Shown: positions 1 to 9,121, numbered from the stretch's first letter. The stretch is 32,205 nucleotides of DNA from a virus (IMGVR_UViG_3300008255_000317:1-32205), one strand, 5' to 3'. Notes: generated by a model not told the origin, from the letters alone. A program made the numbers and translations.

Positions 1-996
1 GACGGGCAGACGCTCGTATTCGGCTTCGATCTGTTCGGCGCTCTTCGCCAGCGCCTCTTCGATGACGACGGCGGTGAGTTTGCCTTCCTTGCCGAGCCGC
101 TTCAGTTCGCCGATCGGGACGCCGAGACCGTCGGCGATCGCTTTCGCCAGCCGGAGCGTGTTTTCACGGACGGAGCGCAGTTCGTCGCCCTGGAGGGTGT
201 TGGAGCCGATGCCCTGCGCAAACTGATAGAGGCCGGCTTCCTGACTGACGGCGGTGCCGCCCGACAGCTTGGCCGCCTTCGACGCAAGTTCAGTGAGGCG
301 CGAAATGCGCCCTTGCGTCAGCCCGACGTCCTTCCCTGCCAGCGTCAGCCGGGCGTAGAGATCGATGACAGGCTCGAGGCCGACGCGCGCGCGATCGGCG
401 ATGCCCTGCGCATCCTTGAAGGCGGCGTTGACCTGGCTTTGCGTCTCGTAGAGCGGGCGAAGCCGGGCGACGAGATCCTGTGTCGTCGACGCCAGCCGCA
501 CGAAACCGGCGACGGCCGCGCCGACGCCGACGAACCCCAGCCGCAAGCCGGTGAGTTCGCGCACCGCCACCGCCATCGCGGACAGACGGCCAGCGATCGG
601 GCCAAGCGGTCCCTGGGCGACGTTCGCGGCAACCGATGCCAGCCGCAAGCTGCGCTCGAGACGGCTGGTCTCACGCGCCGCTGCGCGCGCGGCATTGCTG
701 GTGCGCTCCATACCGGAAGCGCCGCGGCGCGTGGCGGCGTCAGCTTCGCGGGCGGCGCGCGCGGTGCGCTGGAGTGCGGTGGCGCGCGCCCGTTCGGCCG
801 CGGCGACATTCTGGATCTGGCCAGGAGAGCCGGTGCCGGGGACCATGCCCGACGTCAGCGCACCCGCCTTCTGCGCGGTTGCCGCAACCCGACGAAGGCT
901 CTGGTTGGCCTGTTCTTCGAACCGGGACAGGGCGCGTTCGTTGCCCGCACCCGGTTCGATGTTCATGAACGTCGTGAATGTGCGGCTTCCGCGCAT
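1..996 (-). CDS. Tail tape measure protein, N-terminal part (runs off the window)
   Basis: Missing from the ORF track because it has no stop in the window. ATG at 996 follows SD GGAGGA. Hand translation MRGSRTFTTFMNIEPG... is Ala-rich and contains the tape-measure domain signature LYQFAQGIGSNTLQGDELRSVRENTLRLAKAIADGLGVPIGELKRLGKEGKLT. Confidence 0.92.
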   Translation of the reverse strand, partial: MRGSRTFTTFMNIEPGAGNERALSRFEEQANQSLRRVAATAQKAGALTSGMVPGTGSPGQIQNVAAAERARATALQRTARAAREADAATRRGASGMERTSNAARAAARETSRLERSLRLASVAANVAQGPLGPIAGRLSAMAVAVRELTGLRLGFVGVGAAVAGFVRLASTTQDLVARLRPLYETQSQVNAAFKDAQGIADRARVGLEPVIDLYARLTLAGKDVGLTQGRISRLTELASKAAKLSGGTAVSQEAGLYQFAQGIGSNTLQGDELRSVRENTLRLAKAIADGLGVPIGELKRLGKEGKLTAVVIEEALAKSAEQIEAEYERLPV

Positions 997-1047
997 AGGA
1001 TCCTCCGATGCGCTCGCCGGCTGGTGGTCGACGCTGTGCTTAGCCTA

Positions 1048-1767
1048 TTACCCGGCCCGGTTATACCCTGCGATCGTGCGACGAAGATAATCGGGCATGC
1101 GATCCGCGTAGAAGGCGATGATCTGATCCTTGTCGAAGCGCTTCGCCCGGCGTGTCTGCTTTATGAGGACGAAGACGACAGTATCGCCCTTCGGCACGAC
1201 TCGAGTGCGCGTCCGGCCCGATGCCCCCAGCGCCTTCGCCCGCCCGGTCTTCGCCGACAGCGAGACCTTCTTCACCACCAACAGCGCAAGGTTCGACCGG
1301 ATCTGGCGGAATTGCAGCTTGCCGATGCGCGAGTTCAGCCCTGCCTTCGCCCACAATTCCGGCGTCAGCCGTCGACGCTTCCCGCCGACGCGGACGAAGC
1401 GGGGGGCCGCCTTCGTCGGCACGGCCAACCAGGCGCCGTTCTTCGGCCGGATAACCGCCCCTTGCGAATACGCCTCGAGCGCACCGCCGGCGAGGCTGTC
1501 GTCACCGCCGCGGGCATAGATCACGCCGTAGGGATTGCGGCCTTCCTCCGTCTGCCGCTTGCGTTTCGCCGACGTCTGCCCGACGGCGTTCCCCAGCCGC
1601 CCCAGCCCGACGCTGCGCATCTTGGCCTGTATGTGGCGCTGGGCCTTCTTCGACGCGAGATCCGTAACCTCGAGCGCCGCGCGATGGTTCTCGCGCTCGA
1701 TCTGCCGGACGTCCTGGCGAATGGCCCGAACGTCCGGCGTCTTTACCGTGAAGTTGATCCTCGACAT
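1048..1767 (-). CDS. Basic phage morphogenesis protein (DUF6441-like; possible tail-completion/neck protein)
   Basis: 239 aa, K/R-rich. The GAVIRPKNGAWLAVPT motif resembles alphaproteobacterial prophage DUF6441 proteins. Lies in the tail module. Confidence 0.6.
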   Translation of the reverse strand: MSRINFTVKTPDVRAIRQDVRQIERENHRAALEVTDLASKKAQRHIQAKMRSVGLGRLGNAVGQTSAKRKRQTEEGRNPYGVIYARGGDDSLAGGALEAYSQGAVIRPKNGAWLAVPTKAAPRFVRVGGKRRRLTPELWAKAGLNSRIGKLQFRQIRSNLALLVVKKVSLSAKTGRAKALGASGRTRTRVVPKGDTVVFVLIKQTRRAKRFDKDQIIAFYADRMPDYLRRTIAGYNRAG

Positions 1768-2076
1768 CTATTCCCTGTGTTGTTCATCGAAATAGGCGTC
1801 GATGACGTCGAGCGCCTGGATCAGCCGGAGGGGGGTGTCGACGAGGCTTCCGCCTGGGTATCGCCGGTGCTCACGGTTTCGCCAGTTGAGGGCGAAGTAG
1901 AGGTCGACGGTGTGGCGGTGCCATCGGCGGATGCGGTTTCGGGGGCTGGTGTGGAATTCGATGTCGAGGGGGTGGTTTCCTCCCCTGACGTCGAAGATCC
2001 ATCGCTGCTCTCCGATGCGCCGCTCGGTTCGGGCGAAGGCTCTTGGCTCGGCTCGGTCTCGGGCGGCGATTCGGAG
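1768..2076 (-). CDS. -1 frameshift extension of the tail assembly chaperone (gpT-like part of gpGT)
   Basis: The -1 frame after the slippery site is open for 102 codons (LRIAARDRAE...YPGGSLVDTPLRLIQALDVIDAYFDEQHRE). Its TAG directly abuts the next ATG at 1767. Confidence 0.8.
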   Translation of the reverse strand, partial: LRIAARDRAEPRAFARTERRIGEQRWIFDVRGGNHPLDIEFHTSPRNRIRRWHRHTVDLYFALNWRNREHRRYPGGSLVDTPLRLIQALDVIDAYFDEQHRE

Positions 2077-2789
2077 TTTCCCCGCTCGGTCCCCGTCAAC
2101 GCGCCCATGCTGATGCAGAACGTCTCGAGTTCGCGCATGGCCGTCTTGCCGATCTCGCTGCGCAGCGCGTCATAGGTCGCCTCGGGCACGATGTCGTCTT
2201 CACGCACGAAGGGCGTCGACAGATTGCTCCAGCCGAGAAGAACGAGACGGGTGATCCCGGCGCGCTGTTTCGGCTCATAGGTCTGCATCTCGACGGTCAT
2301 GTCGCGCAGCTTGCGGCTCTTGCCCTTCAGTTCTTCGGCGAACAGCAAGGCCCGGTTGCGTTCGCGCACGCCGAGCATGCGGGACGGCAGGGGCGCGGGC
2401 TTGCGCTTGGGCGCGCCGGCCGCTTCGTCGGCCAGCCGTTGACGCTCCTGTTCGTGCCATTCGGCCATCTGCTCGCGATGGACGTCTTCGGCCTGCCAGT
2501 AATTGTCGAGAAGATCGGCCTTCGGCTCGCCCGCTTCCTCGCCGTAGATCTCGAAAGTCTCGTCGATCATGGCCGCGCGGAACGTGTCGTTCGACGGCGG
2601 GACGATGTTGTGGCGGAAGAGTTCGTAGCCCAGCCGGTCGAATTCAGCTTCGGTGACGGGCTGGACCTGGAAGACCGGCTCGTCGCCCGTAGGCGTCGCC
2701 GGCGAATCGTCGGCGTCGTTGATCGGCAGAAGTGAAGGCGGGGTGAAGGCGAGGGGCGCCTTGGTGGTGGGGATGTGTTGGTCTCGCAT
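1821..2789 (-). CDS. Tail assembly chaperone (gpG-like)
   Basis: Directly downstream of the tail tube gene. Has SD GGAGGA, an LLGWSNL motif and an in-frame slippery heptamer followed by an S/T/P/E low-complexity tail. Confidence 0.8.
   Translation of the reverse strand: MRDQHIPTTKAPLAFTPPSLLPINDADDSPATPTGDEPVFQVQPVTEAEFDRLGYELFRHNIVPPSNDTFRAAMIDETFEIYGEEAGEPKADLLDNYWQAEDVHREQMAEWHEQERQRLADEAAGAPKRKPAPLPSRMLGVRERNRALLFAEELKGKSRKLRDMTVEMQTYEPKQRAGITRLVLLGWSNLSTPFVREDDIVPEATYDALRSEIGKTAMRELETFCISMGALTGTERGNSESPPETEPSQEPSPEPSGASESSDGSSTSGEETTPSTSNSTPAPETASADGTATPSTSTSPSTGETVSTGDTQAEASSTPPSG
2076..2082 (-). other. Programmed -1 ribosomal frameshift slippery site G GGA AAC
   Basis: X XXY YYZ heptamer in the correct frame (CGG GGA AAC = R-G-N). 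Compare lambda G-T GGGAAAG. Confidence 0.85.
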
Positions 2790-2792
2790 GTA

Positions 2793-2832
2793 ATCCTCCG
2801 GTTGGTGGCAACGACGCCGCCAACCGGAGGAT
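2793..2832 (-). promoter_or_regulatory. 17-bp hairpin sequestering the chaperone SD
   Basis: Minus strand ATCCTCCGGTTGGCGGC-GTCGTT-GCCACCAACCGGAGGAT, one mismatch. The 3' arm contains GGAGGA. No U-tract follows. Confidence 0.75.
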
Positions 2833-2837
2833 CAGGA

Positions 2838-4043
2838 TCAATCCCACCAGATCGCGAGCGTCGCGGACTTGTCTACATTGACGAAGGCCGCATTGCCAGT
2901 GAGGTTCACAAACCCGTTGCGATCGCCGGGGTTGTTGAGCGGATTGAGCGCGATCGCGGGCGCCAGGAAGCCGAAGCGGTTGCCCGCACCCTGCCCCCAC
3001 ACCGACATCTGCGACAGCGTCGTCTGGTTGTTGACGCGCGTCTCGATGTCGAAGTCGGCCACGGCCATCTGATTGATGTCCATGTCGAGCGTGCGCGTCG
3101 CCGACATGATCTCGTAACCGTCCTGGCCGTTCGCCGCGGCCGCATTGCTCGCGCCGGCAACGTCCGCGCCGAATTGGAAGCGCGTGCTCTGGTGGCCCAG
3201 CGCGACACGGTCCAGCGTGAATTTGCCGTTCCGGTAGGGAGCGATCGTCGTAAGCTGCTCGGGCGTCAGCGCCGGCGAAACGTCATCCGCCACCGCCTCG
3301 ACCAGCCCTTTCAGGCTGAATTCGACGGACGGGAAGACCTGGTTCTGCTCGTTCGACACGGGCATGTCGAAGGTAAGCTGCGACACGCGGACATCGCGAT
3401 AGTCGTAGCGCTTCTTGTCGCGCCAGATGCGAACCGACAGGAGCGGCGGGGCCGTCGACAGTGTGCCAAGCTGATACACGACGCACGGCGGGATCGTGTA
3501 ATTCGAGCCAGCCGCGGGAGCGCCGCCAAGGGTCTCGGCGATGTCCGCCGCCTTCGACGTGCCGTTGTAGTCTTGGATCAGGGACGTGCCCTTCACCGCG
3601 CCGACGCCGATGTCGGCATGCTGGATCGGGAAGCCGACATAGAAATCGTCGACCGCGCTCGCCGCCGCGGCAAGCGTCAGCGCAGTCGTGCTCGAGCCTG
3701 CCTGAAGCACACCTGCGATCGCGGCCTGGCTGCGCACTTCGGCAAAGCCTGCCGCCTGAAGCACCCGGCCGAGCGGCCACGCGTTCGCGGCGAAGGGAGC
3801 GGCACCGCCCGGCCCGCGCAGCGGTGCGGTCGCGGTGATCGTCGCCGTCTTGCCGAGATAGATCCGCGGCGCGGTGTGAACGGAGCCGGTCGCCGTGGGA
3901 TCTTCCGTGGAGATGATGTCCTCGGAGTTCGTCGGCGGCGAGACCGGAACGATGTCGGCCGCCGAGGGCGCGGTGAAGACGCCGGCGACGGGCTGGATCG
4001 CGATCGCAAGCGCTACGACGCGAGATTTGTGGTTCCAGGCCAT
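2838..4043 (-). CDS. Major tail (tube) protein
   Basis: 401 aa, beta-rich, with a GRVLQAAGFAE motif. Sits between a tail-terminator-like gene and the frameshifted chaperone. Confidence 0.8.
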   Translation of the reverse strand: MAWNHKSRVVALAIAIQPVAGVFTAPSAADIVPVSPPTNSEDIISTEDPTATGSVHTAPRIYLGKTATITATAPLRGPGGAAPFAANAWPLGRVLQAAGFAEVRSQAAIAGVLQAGSSTTALTLAAAASAVDDFYVGFPIQHADIGVGAVKGTSLIQDYNGTSKAADIAETLGGAPAAGSNYTIPPCVVYQLGTLSTAPPLLSVRIWRDKKRYDYRDVRVSQLTFDMPVSNEQNQVFPSVEFSLKGLVEAVADDVSPALTPEQLTTIAPYRNGKFTLDRVALGHQSTRFQFGADVAGASNAAAANGQDGYEIMSATRTLDMDINQMAVADFDIETRVNNQTTLSQMSVWGQGAGNRFGFLAPAIALNPLNNPGDRNGFVNLTGNAAFVNVDKSATLAIWWD

Positions 4044-4049
4044 GACTGA

Positions 4050-4448
4050 TTATTCCCCCTTCTTCGCGGGCGCATCGTCGGCCTTGGCCGGATCGATGGG
4101 CGGCTGGTAGTCTTCCTGCGCGGCTTCGGCTTCCTCGCGCTGGGCGGTGTCGAAGACGACGCGGTCTTCCTCGACGGCGAGGCTCTTGTCCTCGACCTTC
4201 TCGCGCTTGTAGCCGGGCGGCACGCCCAGGGTGGCATCGGGCCGGGGCGTCTCGTTCGCCTTGTCGACGATGTCGGCGCGCATTGCATCGCGCTTTTCGT
4301 CGTTCTTGGCGAGCGCGCTGTCGTCCAGCTTTTTCGACAGTTCGGACACGTCGTAGCTGCCAGCGGGAAGGCTGACAGGGGCCGCGCGGGCGACTTCCTT
4401 GTCCGAGCGATCGGTGCTGGTTGCTTCGACCTTGATCTTGCCGCTCAT
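4050..4448 (-). CDS. Hypothetical acidic protein in the tail module
   Basis: 132 aa. ATGA overlap with the upstream gene and typical codon usage. Confidence 0.7.
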   Translation of the reverse strand: MSGKIKVEATSTDRSDKEVARAAPVSLPAGSYDVSELSKKLDDSALAKNDEKRDAMRADIVDKANETPRPDATLGVPPGYKREKVEDKSLAVEEDRVVFDTAQREEAEAAQEDYQPPIDPAKADDAPAKKGE

Positions 4449-4987
4449 GATGCGTTTCCTTCCGGTCCTAGCAAGGTAAGTGGGTCATCGAAGAGAGTGC
4501 GGTATAGCACAATTACGCTGCTGGCCAATCGCCCTTCGTCGGGCTGCGAATCCTCGTCCGGATCCACGTCGCCATAGAGCACGTCGTCGACGATCTGGCG
4601 CAGCGGCGAGTCCATCCGGCAATAGCGGCCAGCCATGTAGTGCCCGACGCCGAGAAGCCTATCCCAGCCGGTCGCATCATTGTCTTCGCCGGCCGGAACA
4701 TTGTGATCGCGCTCGGCCAACAGCGGCAGATCGATGACGATGTCGACGTTCAACGCCCAGCATTGCTCGCTCGATGTGTGCATCGGGCCGCGCTCGTTGT
4801 CGATTTCGCTCTGGACGTAGCGCAGCGCGAGGCCGGGCCGCTCCGTCTTGCCGGTATTGCGGTGGCGATAGTGCCGCACCGTCAGCGGATTGTCCGAAAG
4901 CTGGAAGATCAGGTGCAGATCCTCGGCTTCGGCGATCGCTTTCATCGCCTCGAGGATCCTGGTCTCTGGTGGCAGGGGGACAGGCAT
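4445..4987 (-). CDS. Putative tail terminator (gpU-like)
   Basis: 180 aa, acidic, ending ...VIVLYRT...DDP. The call rests mainly on synteny. Confidence 0.6.
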   Translation of the reverse strand: MPVPLPPETRILEAMKAIAEAEDLHLIFQLSDNPLTVRHYRHRNTGKTERPGLALRYVQSEIDNERGPMHTSSEQCWALNVDIVIDLPLLAERDHNVPAGEDNDATGWDRLLGVGHYMAGRYCRMDSPLRQIVDDVLYGDVDPDEDSQPDEGRLASSVIVLYRTLFDDPLTLLGPEGNAS

Positions 4988-4990
4988 GCG

Positions 4991-5329
4991 TTACGCTCCG
5001 ACCTTCTGGATGTCGAAGATCCAGTAACGGCCCTGTTCGTCAGGGTCATCCCCTGCCGGCCGCCAGACCGTGTTGGCGCCCAGCTTGTGATGCTTCAGCC
5101 GGTGCGTGCGCTTCGGCTCGTCGACGATGCTCTTGGCCACCTTGATCCGCCAGCGGGATCCTAACGCCGGATCGATCTCGTTCAGCCCCAGCCCCTCGGC
5201 GAAGGGAAGGACATAGGCCGCGATGTTGGTGAAAGTCGCGCCCTCGTCCGTCGAATAGGCAACGGTGTCCGAGAGGCGCGCGTCGACACCCTCGTCCATC
5301 GCTGCCGACGCTTCATCCCAATCCGACAA
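4991..5329 (-). CDS. Putative head-tail joining/closure protein (gpFII-like)
   Basis: 112 aa, TTG start after SD AGGAGG. Size and position match. Confidence 0.6.
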   Translation of the reverse strand: MSDWDEASAAMDEGVDARLSDTVAYSTDEGATFTNIAAYVLPFAEGLGLNEIDPALGSRWRIKVAKSIVDEPKRTHRLKHHKLGANTVWRPAGDDPDEQGRYWIFDIQKVGA

Positions 5330-5373
5330 TCTGGCCTCCTAGCAAAAGGGCCGCCCGTAGGCATTCGTGACGA

Positions 5374-5952
5374 TCAGGTGTTGGAGAGTTCGCCCAGCCG
5401 GTCGTTAATGGCATCCTTGGCGCCATCGCGGTTCTGGTGTGCTTCCTCGTCCTCGCGAAGCTGCTGGAGTTCGGCGACATCGGTCATGTCGGCCAGCGCA
5501 ACCTTCAGCTTCGGGATGCTCTGCTGGAGCACCTTCGGTTCGGTGGAGCCGGGCACGGTTTCGTCGCCCTCGACCGGCGCCGCATCCGGATCGGCCAGCG
5601 TGTCCATCCGGCCCTGGCCGGCAGGGAAGTTGCGAAGCGTCGCCGTTGCCGGAGTAGCGCCGGCCGCATCGCCGCGGGGCGATTCCTCCATCTCCTGAAG
5701 GCGTTCCGCGCCAACCTCGGCCGGGCGAGCGGACACGGCCACGCCGGACTGCTGCGCCTTGAATTCCGCCTCGGTCGCATCGCCCTCGATCTCGACCAAG
5801 CCCTTCTTCTCGGCCTTGACGGCGTCGGCGTCGGGCAGGATCCGGCGCTGGTAACGGCCATCCTCGTCCTCGCGATCGGGATCGAAGTGCATGATACCGA
5901 TCGACGTGGCGACGGTGCCGAGCGCGATGGCGGTGACGAGTTTGTAGGACAT
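5374..5952 (-). CDS. Hypothetical protein at the gpFI position
   Basis: 192 aa directly after the capsid gene, with a small helical C-terminal domain (ELQQLREDEEAHQNRDGAKDAI). Confidence 0.65.
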   Translation of the reverse strand: MSYKLVTAIALGTVATSIGIMHFDPDREDEDGRYQRRILPDADAVKAEKKGLVEIEGDATEAEFKAQQSGVAVSARPAEVGAERLQEMEESPRGDAAGATPATATLRNFPAGQGRMDTLADPDAAPVEGDETVPGSTEPKVLQQSIPKLKVALADMTDVAELQQLREDEEAHQNRDGAKDAINDRLGELSNT

Positions 5953-5970
5953 CAGTCAGTTCCCTTCTGA

Positions 5971-7035
5971 TTACCCGGTCTTCGTGCCCTTCAGGAGCGC
6001 GAGCGGGAAGATACAGGCATAGAGCGGGTATGCCGCGACGAAGAAGTCGACGAACGACGGCATCTGGTCGCGCACGTCCGGCTGAATGTAGAGATATTCC
6101 GGCCGGCCCGGCTGGGTGATGTCGAGAAGCGTTTCACCCGGCGCCCAATAGACGTTGAACACGTCCTTCGCCCCGATCGGGAAGAAGTGCGCGTCGTTGA
6201 CGGCGACGTCGATCTCGCCACCGCTGCTGCCCTGGTAGTGCATGAAGGTGACGTTGCCGATACGGATCTCGTCGTAAGTCGGCAGGTTGAGAAGCGGGTT
6301 GGCCGCCAGCGCCACGGCGCGGGCCTGCTCGATCGCTTCCCAGCGCTTGCGGACGTCGACGTGGGTAATCAGCGAATACCAGAATTCGTCGCCGACAAGG
6401 CCGCCGATGCGGACATTCGGGGTCCAGCGGCCGTTCGCCTTCAGCACATCGATGATCGGATCGGCGATGTTCTTTTGGATGTAGAGCGCGAGCGCTCCTT
6501 CCGCGATGCCCGCGAAGTTGAAGTTGATCGTCGCCGGGGTGGAGATGCCATACTCGGCGAAATAGTCGACCAGAACGGTGCTTCCGTCGGCGTCGAGAAC
6601 CTTGCCCTGGAGCGCGCCGAGACGGTGCAGTTCCTTGGTGGCCTCGAGATCCGTCTTCAGTTGCTCGGTGCGCTCGACGGTGATCTGCTGTGCATTGCGC
6701 AGGCGGATCGTCTCGGGGAGCGCCGTGCTCGCCACGCCCATCAGTTCGCCGGCGCGAAGGGTGTCCTGCTTGCGCAGCGCGAGGGTCGACAGGGCGCGCA
6801 GGCGGCCCTGACGGCGGATCTGCTGGACCCAGGGCGAACCGCGCTCGGTTGCCGGGATCAGCGCGAAGCCGCCATCCTTCTCGTAGAGAAGCACTTCCTC
6901 GGTCTCGATCGGCTTGGGATCGAACATCCGAGCCATGCCGAGCGCCTGGGGCACATACGGCGATTTGTCGACGACGCGCTGCAAGCTGGTGACGCTGAAG
7001 GCGTCGTTCTTGAAGATGTCGAGGGTCAGTTCCAT
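5971..7035 (-). CDS. Major capsid protein (lambda gpE family)
   Basis: 354 aa. LDIFKNDAFSVTSL, EATKELHRLGALQGKVLDADG and DYFAEYGI are typical of gpE-family capsids. Confidence 0.93.
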   Translation of the reverse strand: MELTLDIFKNDAFSVTSLQRVVDKSPYVPQALGMARMFDPKPIETEEVLLYEKDGGFALIPATERGSPWVQQIRRQGRLRALSTLALRKQDTLRAGELMGVASTALPETIRLRNAQQITVERTEQLKTDLEATKELHRLGALQGKVLDADGSTVLVDYFAEYGISTPATINFNFAGIAEGALALYIQKNIADPIIDVLKANGRWTPNVRIGGLVGDEFWYSLITHVDVRKRWEAIEQARAVALAANPLLNLPTYDEIRIGNVTFMHYQGSSGGEIDVAVNDAHFFPIGAKDVFNVYWAPGETLLDITQPGRPEYLYIQPDVRDQMPSFVDFFVAAYPLYACIFPLALLKGTKTG

Positions 7036-7089
7036 TGCACTCGCTCCTGTCGACGCCGAAGCCCCCGCCCCGCGCGCCCATCCAAAGGG

Positions 7090-7485
7090 TTAGTAGCGGA
7101 CCATCAGGCTCCGCACGGCCATCGACGCTTCGACCGCAGCCTTTTGGGCGGCGTTCGCGGCGTTCGGCCAGGTGAGGGCGTTACCGTTCACCGCCTGGTC
7201 GCGGACATCCGCGACAGACTTCTGAACGGCGGCGCTGTTGGCGACATCGGCGTAGAGGATGACCGCCTCGTCGGGGTCTCCCGTGCCGTCGGCGGCCGCG
7301 GGATTGAAACCCGCATACTGGCCGGTTGCCGTCACCTTGCCGAGAACGGTGCCAGCCTTCATCGCGCCGGCATTCGCCTTGATGACGATTTCTTCGGTGG
7401 TGATGTTCTCGCCGGTGTGGCCACCGATACGATAGTGACCGCGACCGCGGCCATCGTAATCCATCGTCTTCAGAACGCCGGGCAT
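7090..7485 (-). CDS. Head decoration protein (gpD-like)
   Basis: 131 aa with AGTVLGKVTATGQY...AADGT...VILY, immediately upstream of the capsid gene. Confidence 0.9.
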   Translation of the reverse strand: MPGVLKTMDYDGRGRGHYRIGGHTGENITTEEIVIKANAGAMKAGTVLGKVTATGQYAGFNPAAADGTGDPDEAVILYADVANSAAVQKSVADVRDQAVNGNALTWPNAANAAQKAAVEASMAVRSLMVRY

Positions 7486-7499
7486 GACGCGCTACTCCT

Positions 7500-8162
7500 T
7501 CAGTTTCCGGTGCGCGGAAGCGCACGGGTGGTTACATGGCCCTCGCCGTTGCCAGCGTGGGCGGCCGGAATGATCGGGGCGTTGGCGGCGGCGCGATCGG
7601 CCAGCGCTTCATCCCAGCTATCGTCGACAGCCTTCTTGTCCGGACCTTCGTCGGCCAGCGCCTTCGGATCGACGCCCTTGCCGAGATCGACATTGGTGTT
7701 GGCGATCGGCTCGGTGGAACCGGACGCCGCCGGGGCCGGATTGCTCTTCATCTGCGCGATGATCGCCTCCGCGTTCGCATGGCTGTTGGCGAGCAGGAAT
7801 GCCGCCGTCGACGGGTTGGCCTTGCCTTCCTCGCTCGCCATGACTGTCGACATGCGCGCGTTGGCGGCGGCGAAGCCCTTCGCCTCGGCTTCGGACATCA
7901 GCGCGGTAACGTCGCTCGCGGCGACAACCTGCTGGACATCGCCGCCCTTGGCGTCCGCGCCCTTGTCATCGCCGGCATCGCCCTTGTCGGACGTCTTGTC
8001 GGCGCCGGTGTCGGCAGGCGCATCGTTCGAAGGAGGGGAGGCGTCCGAGCCACCTTTGCCCGGCTCGGGACCGGCGTCGGCATCGTTGCTGTCGTCGGCG
8101 GCAGCGGCGCTACCGGCAGCAAGTGCGGCGACGGCGGCGCGGGACATTAGCGAAAACTTCAT
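7500..8162 (-). CDS. Putative capsid scaffolding protein
   Basis: 220 aa, Ala/Asp-rich low complexity with a GFAAANARMSTVM helix. Lies between the protease and decoration genes. Confidence 0.6.
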   Translation of the reverse strand: MKFSLMSRAAVAALAAGSAAAADDSNDADAGPEPGKGGSDASPPSNDAPADTGADKTSDKGDAGDDKGADAKGGDVQQVVAASDVTALMSEAEAKGFAAANARMSTVMASEEGKANPSTAAFLLANSHANAEAIIAQMKSNPAPAASGSTEPIANTNVDLGKGVDPKALADEGPDKKAVDDSWDEALADRAAANAPIIPAAHAGNGEGHVTTRALPRTGN

Positions 8163-8176
8163 GGCAACCTGGCCCC

Positions 8177-9121
8177 TTACATTCGAGCGATCTTACGCTC
8201 CAGTTTCATCCAAGCCTCCGGCTCGGAGAGAACGTCACTGACTAAGCCGGTGGCCAAGGCTCGACCGCCCGTATAGACGTCCGCGTTCGTTTCGTGAACC
8301 GATTTTTTTGAGATGTTGCGATACCGCGCAACACGGTCCACGAAAACTTCGTCAACCTCGTCGACGAGAGCCTGGAATTTGTCGATCATCTCGTCATCCA
8401 GAGGCTCGAGCGAATTGCCTCGCATCTTGCGCGATTTCGAGCGGAAGATGTTCACGGCGACGCCCTCTTCCTCGAGCGCGCGGCTGACTTCGGCGTGGAT
8501 GATAACAGCGCCGATCGAGCCGACCATGCCAAGCTGGGGCACGAACACCTTGTCCGCGGCCGCGGCGAGCGCGTAGCTGGCGGACAGGGCGCTATCGGCG
8601 GCCATCGCCCATATCGGCTTACCCCCGAAGCGCGCGCTGTTCGAATAGATCGCGTCGGCGAGGTCGAACAGGCCGTCGACGGTGCCGCCGCCCGAATTGT
8701 GCGGCATCCAGATCGCGCGCACCGCATCGTTCTCGCTCGCATGGAGAAGCTGGGTCCACAGGCCGTCATAGCCCGTTGCGCCCGAATATGGCCCGACGCC
8801 CCAGGACCGCCGAAGCGTGCCCTGCACCGGCAGGACCGCGATTCCGCTTTCGGTGAGTTCGTATGGCAGGCAATCGCCGCGATGCTTCGCGACGCCCGAA
8901 TGGCTCGAAATCTTCGATTTCTTCGCGCGCGCTTCCAGCCGGCCGAGTTCGGCGAGATCTTCCATCCCGCGCGCGTCGATCGTTTCGAATTCCGTCGACA
9001 GCGATCGGATGTCCATCTTCCCAGCCAGGACGGCGGCAACCATAGCCGCGTGCGCCTCGCTGACGAGATGCGGGCGGTTGAAGACTTCGCCCATGACGAA
9101 GGGTAGGTGTTGCGAGGCCAT
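8177..9121 (-). CDS. Prohead protease, S49 family (gpC-like)
   Basis: Start moved to ATG 9121 (MASQHLP), just after the portal stop. Motifs NSGGGTV, ALSASYALA, VGSIG and ALATGLVS. Confidence 0.9.
   Translation of the reverse strand: MASQHLPFVMGEVFNRPHLVSEAHAAMVAAVLAGKMDIRSLSTEFETIDARGMEDLAELGRLEARAKKSKISSHSGVAKHRGDCLPYELTESGIAVLPVQGTLRRSWGVGPYSGATGYDGLWTQLLHASENDAVRAIWMPHNSGGGTVDGLFDLADAIYSNSARFGGKPIWAMAADSALSASYALAAAADKVFVPQLGMVGSIGAVIIHAEVSRALEEEGVAVNIFRSKSRKMRGNSLEPLDDEMIDKFQALVDEVDEVFVDRVARYRNISKKSVHETNADVYTGGRALATGLVSDVLSEPEAWMKLERKIARM

Noticed and set aside
8090-8162. Signal-peptide-like N-terminus MKFSLMSRAAVAALAAGSAAAA on the 220-aa protein
   Set aside because: Its position between protease and decoration genes points to a cytoplasmic scaffold, and Ala-rich composition can mimic signal peptides. 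Not fully excluded.
8160-8179. Protease-scaffold fusion by readthrough (lambda C/Nu3 style)
   Set aside because: The 14-nt gap puts the two ORFs out of frame.
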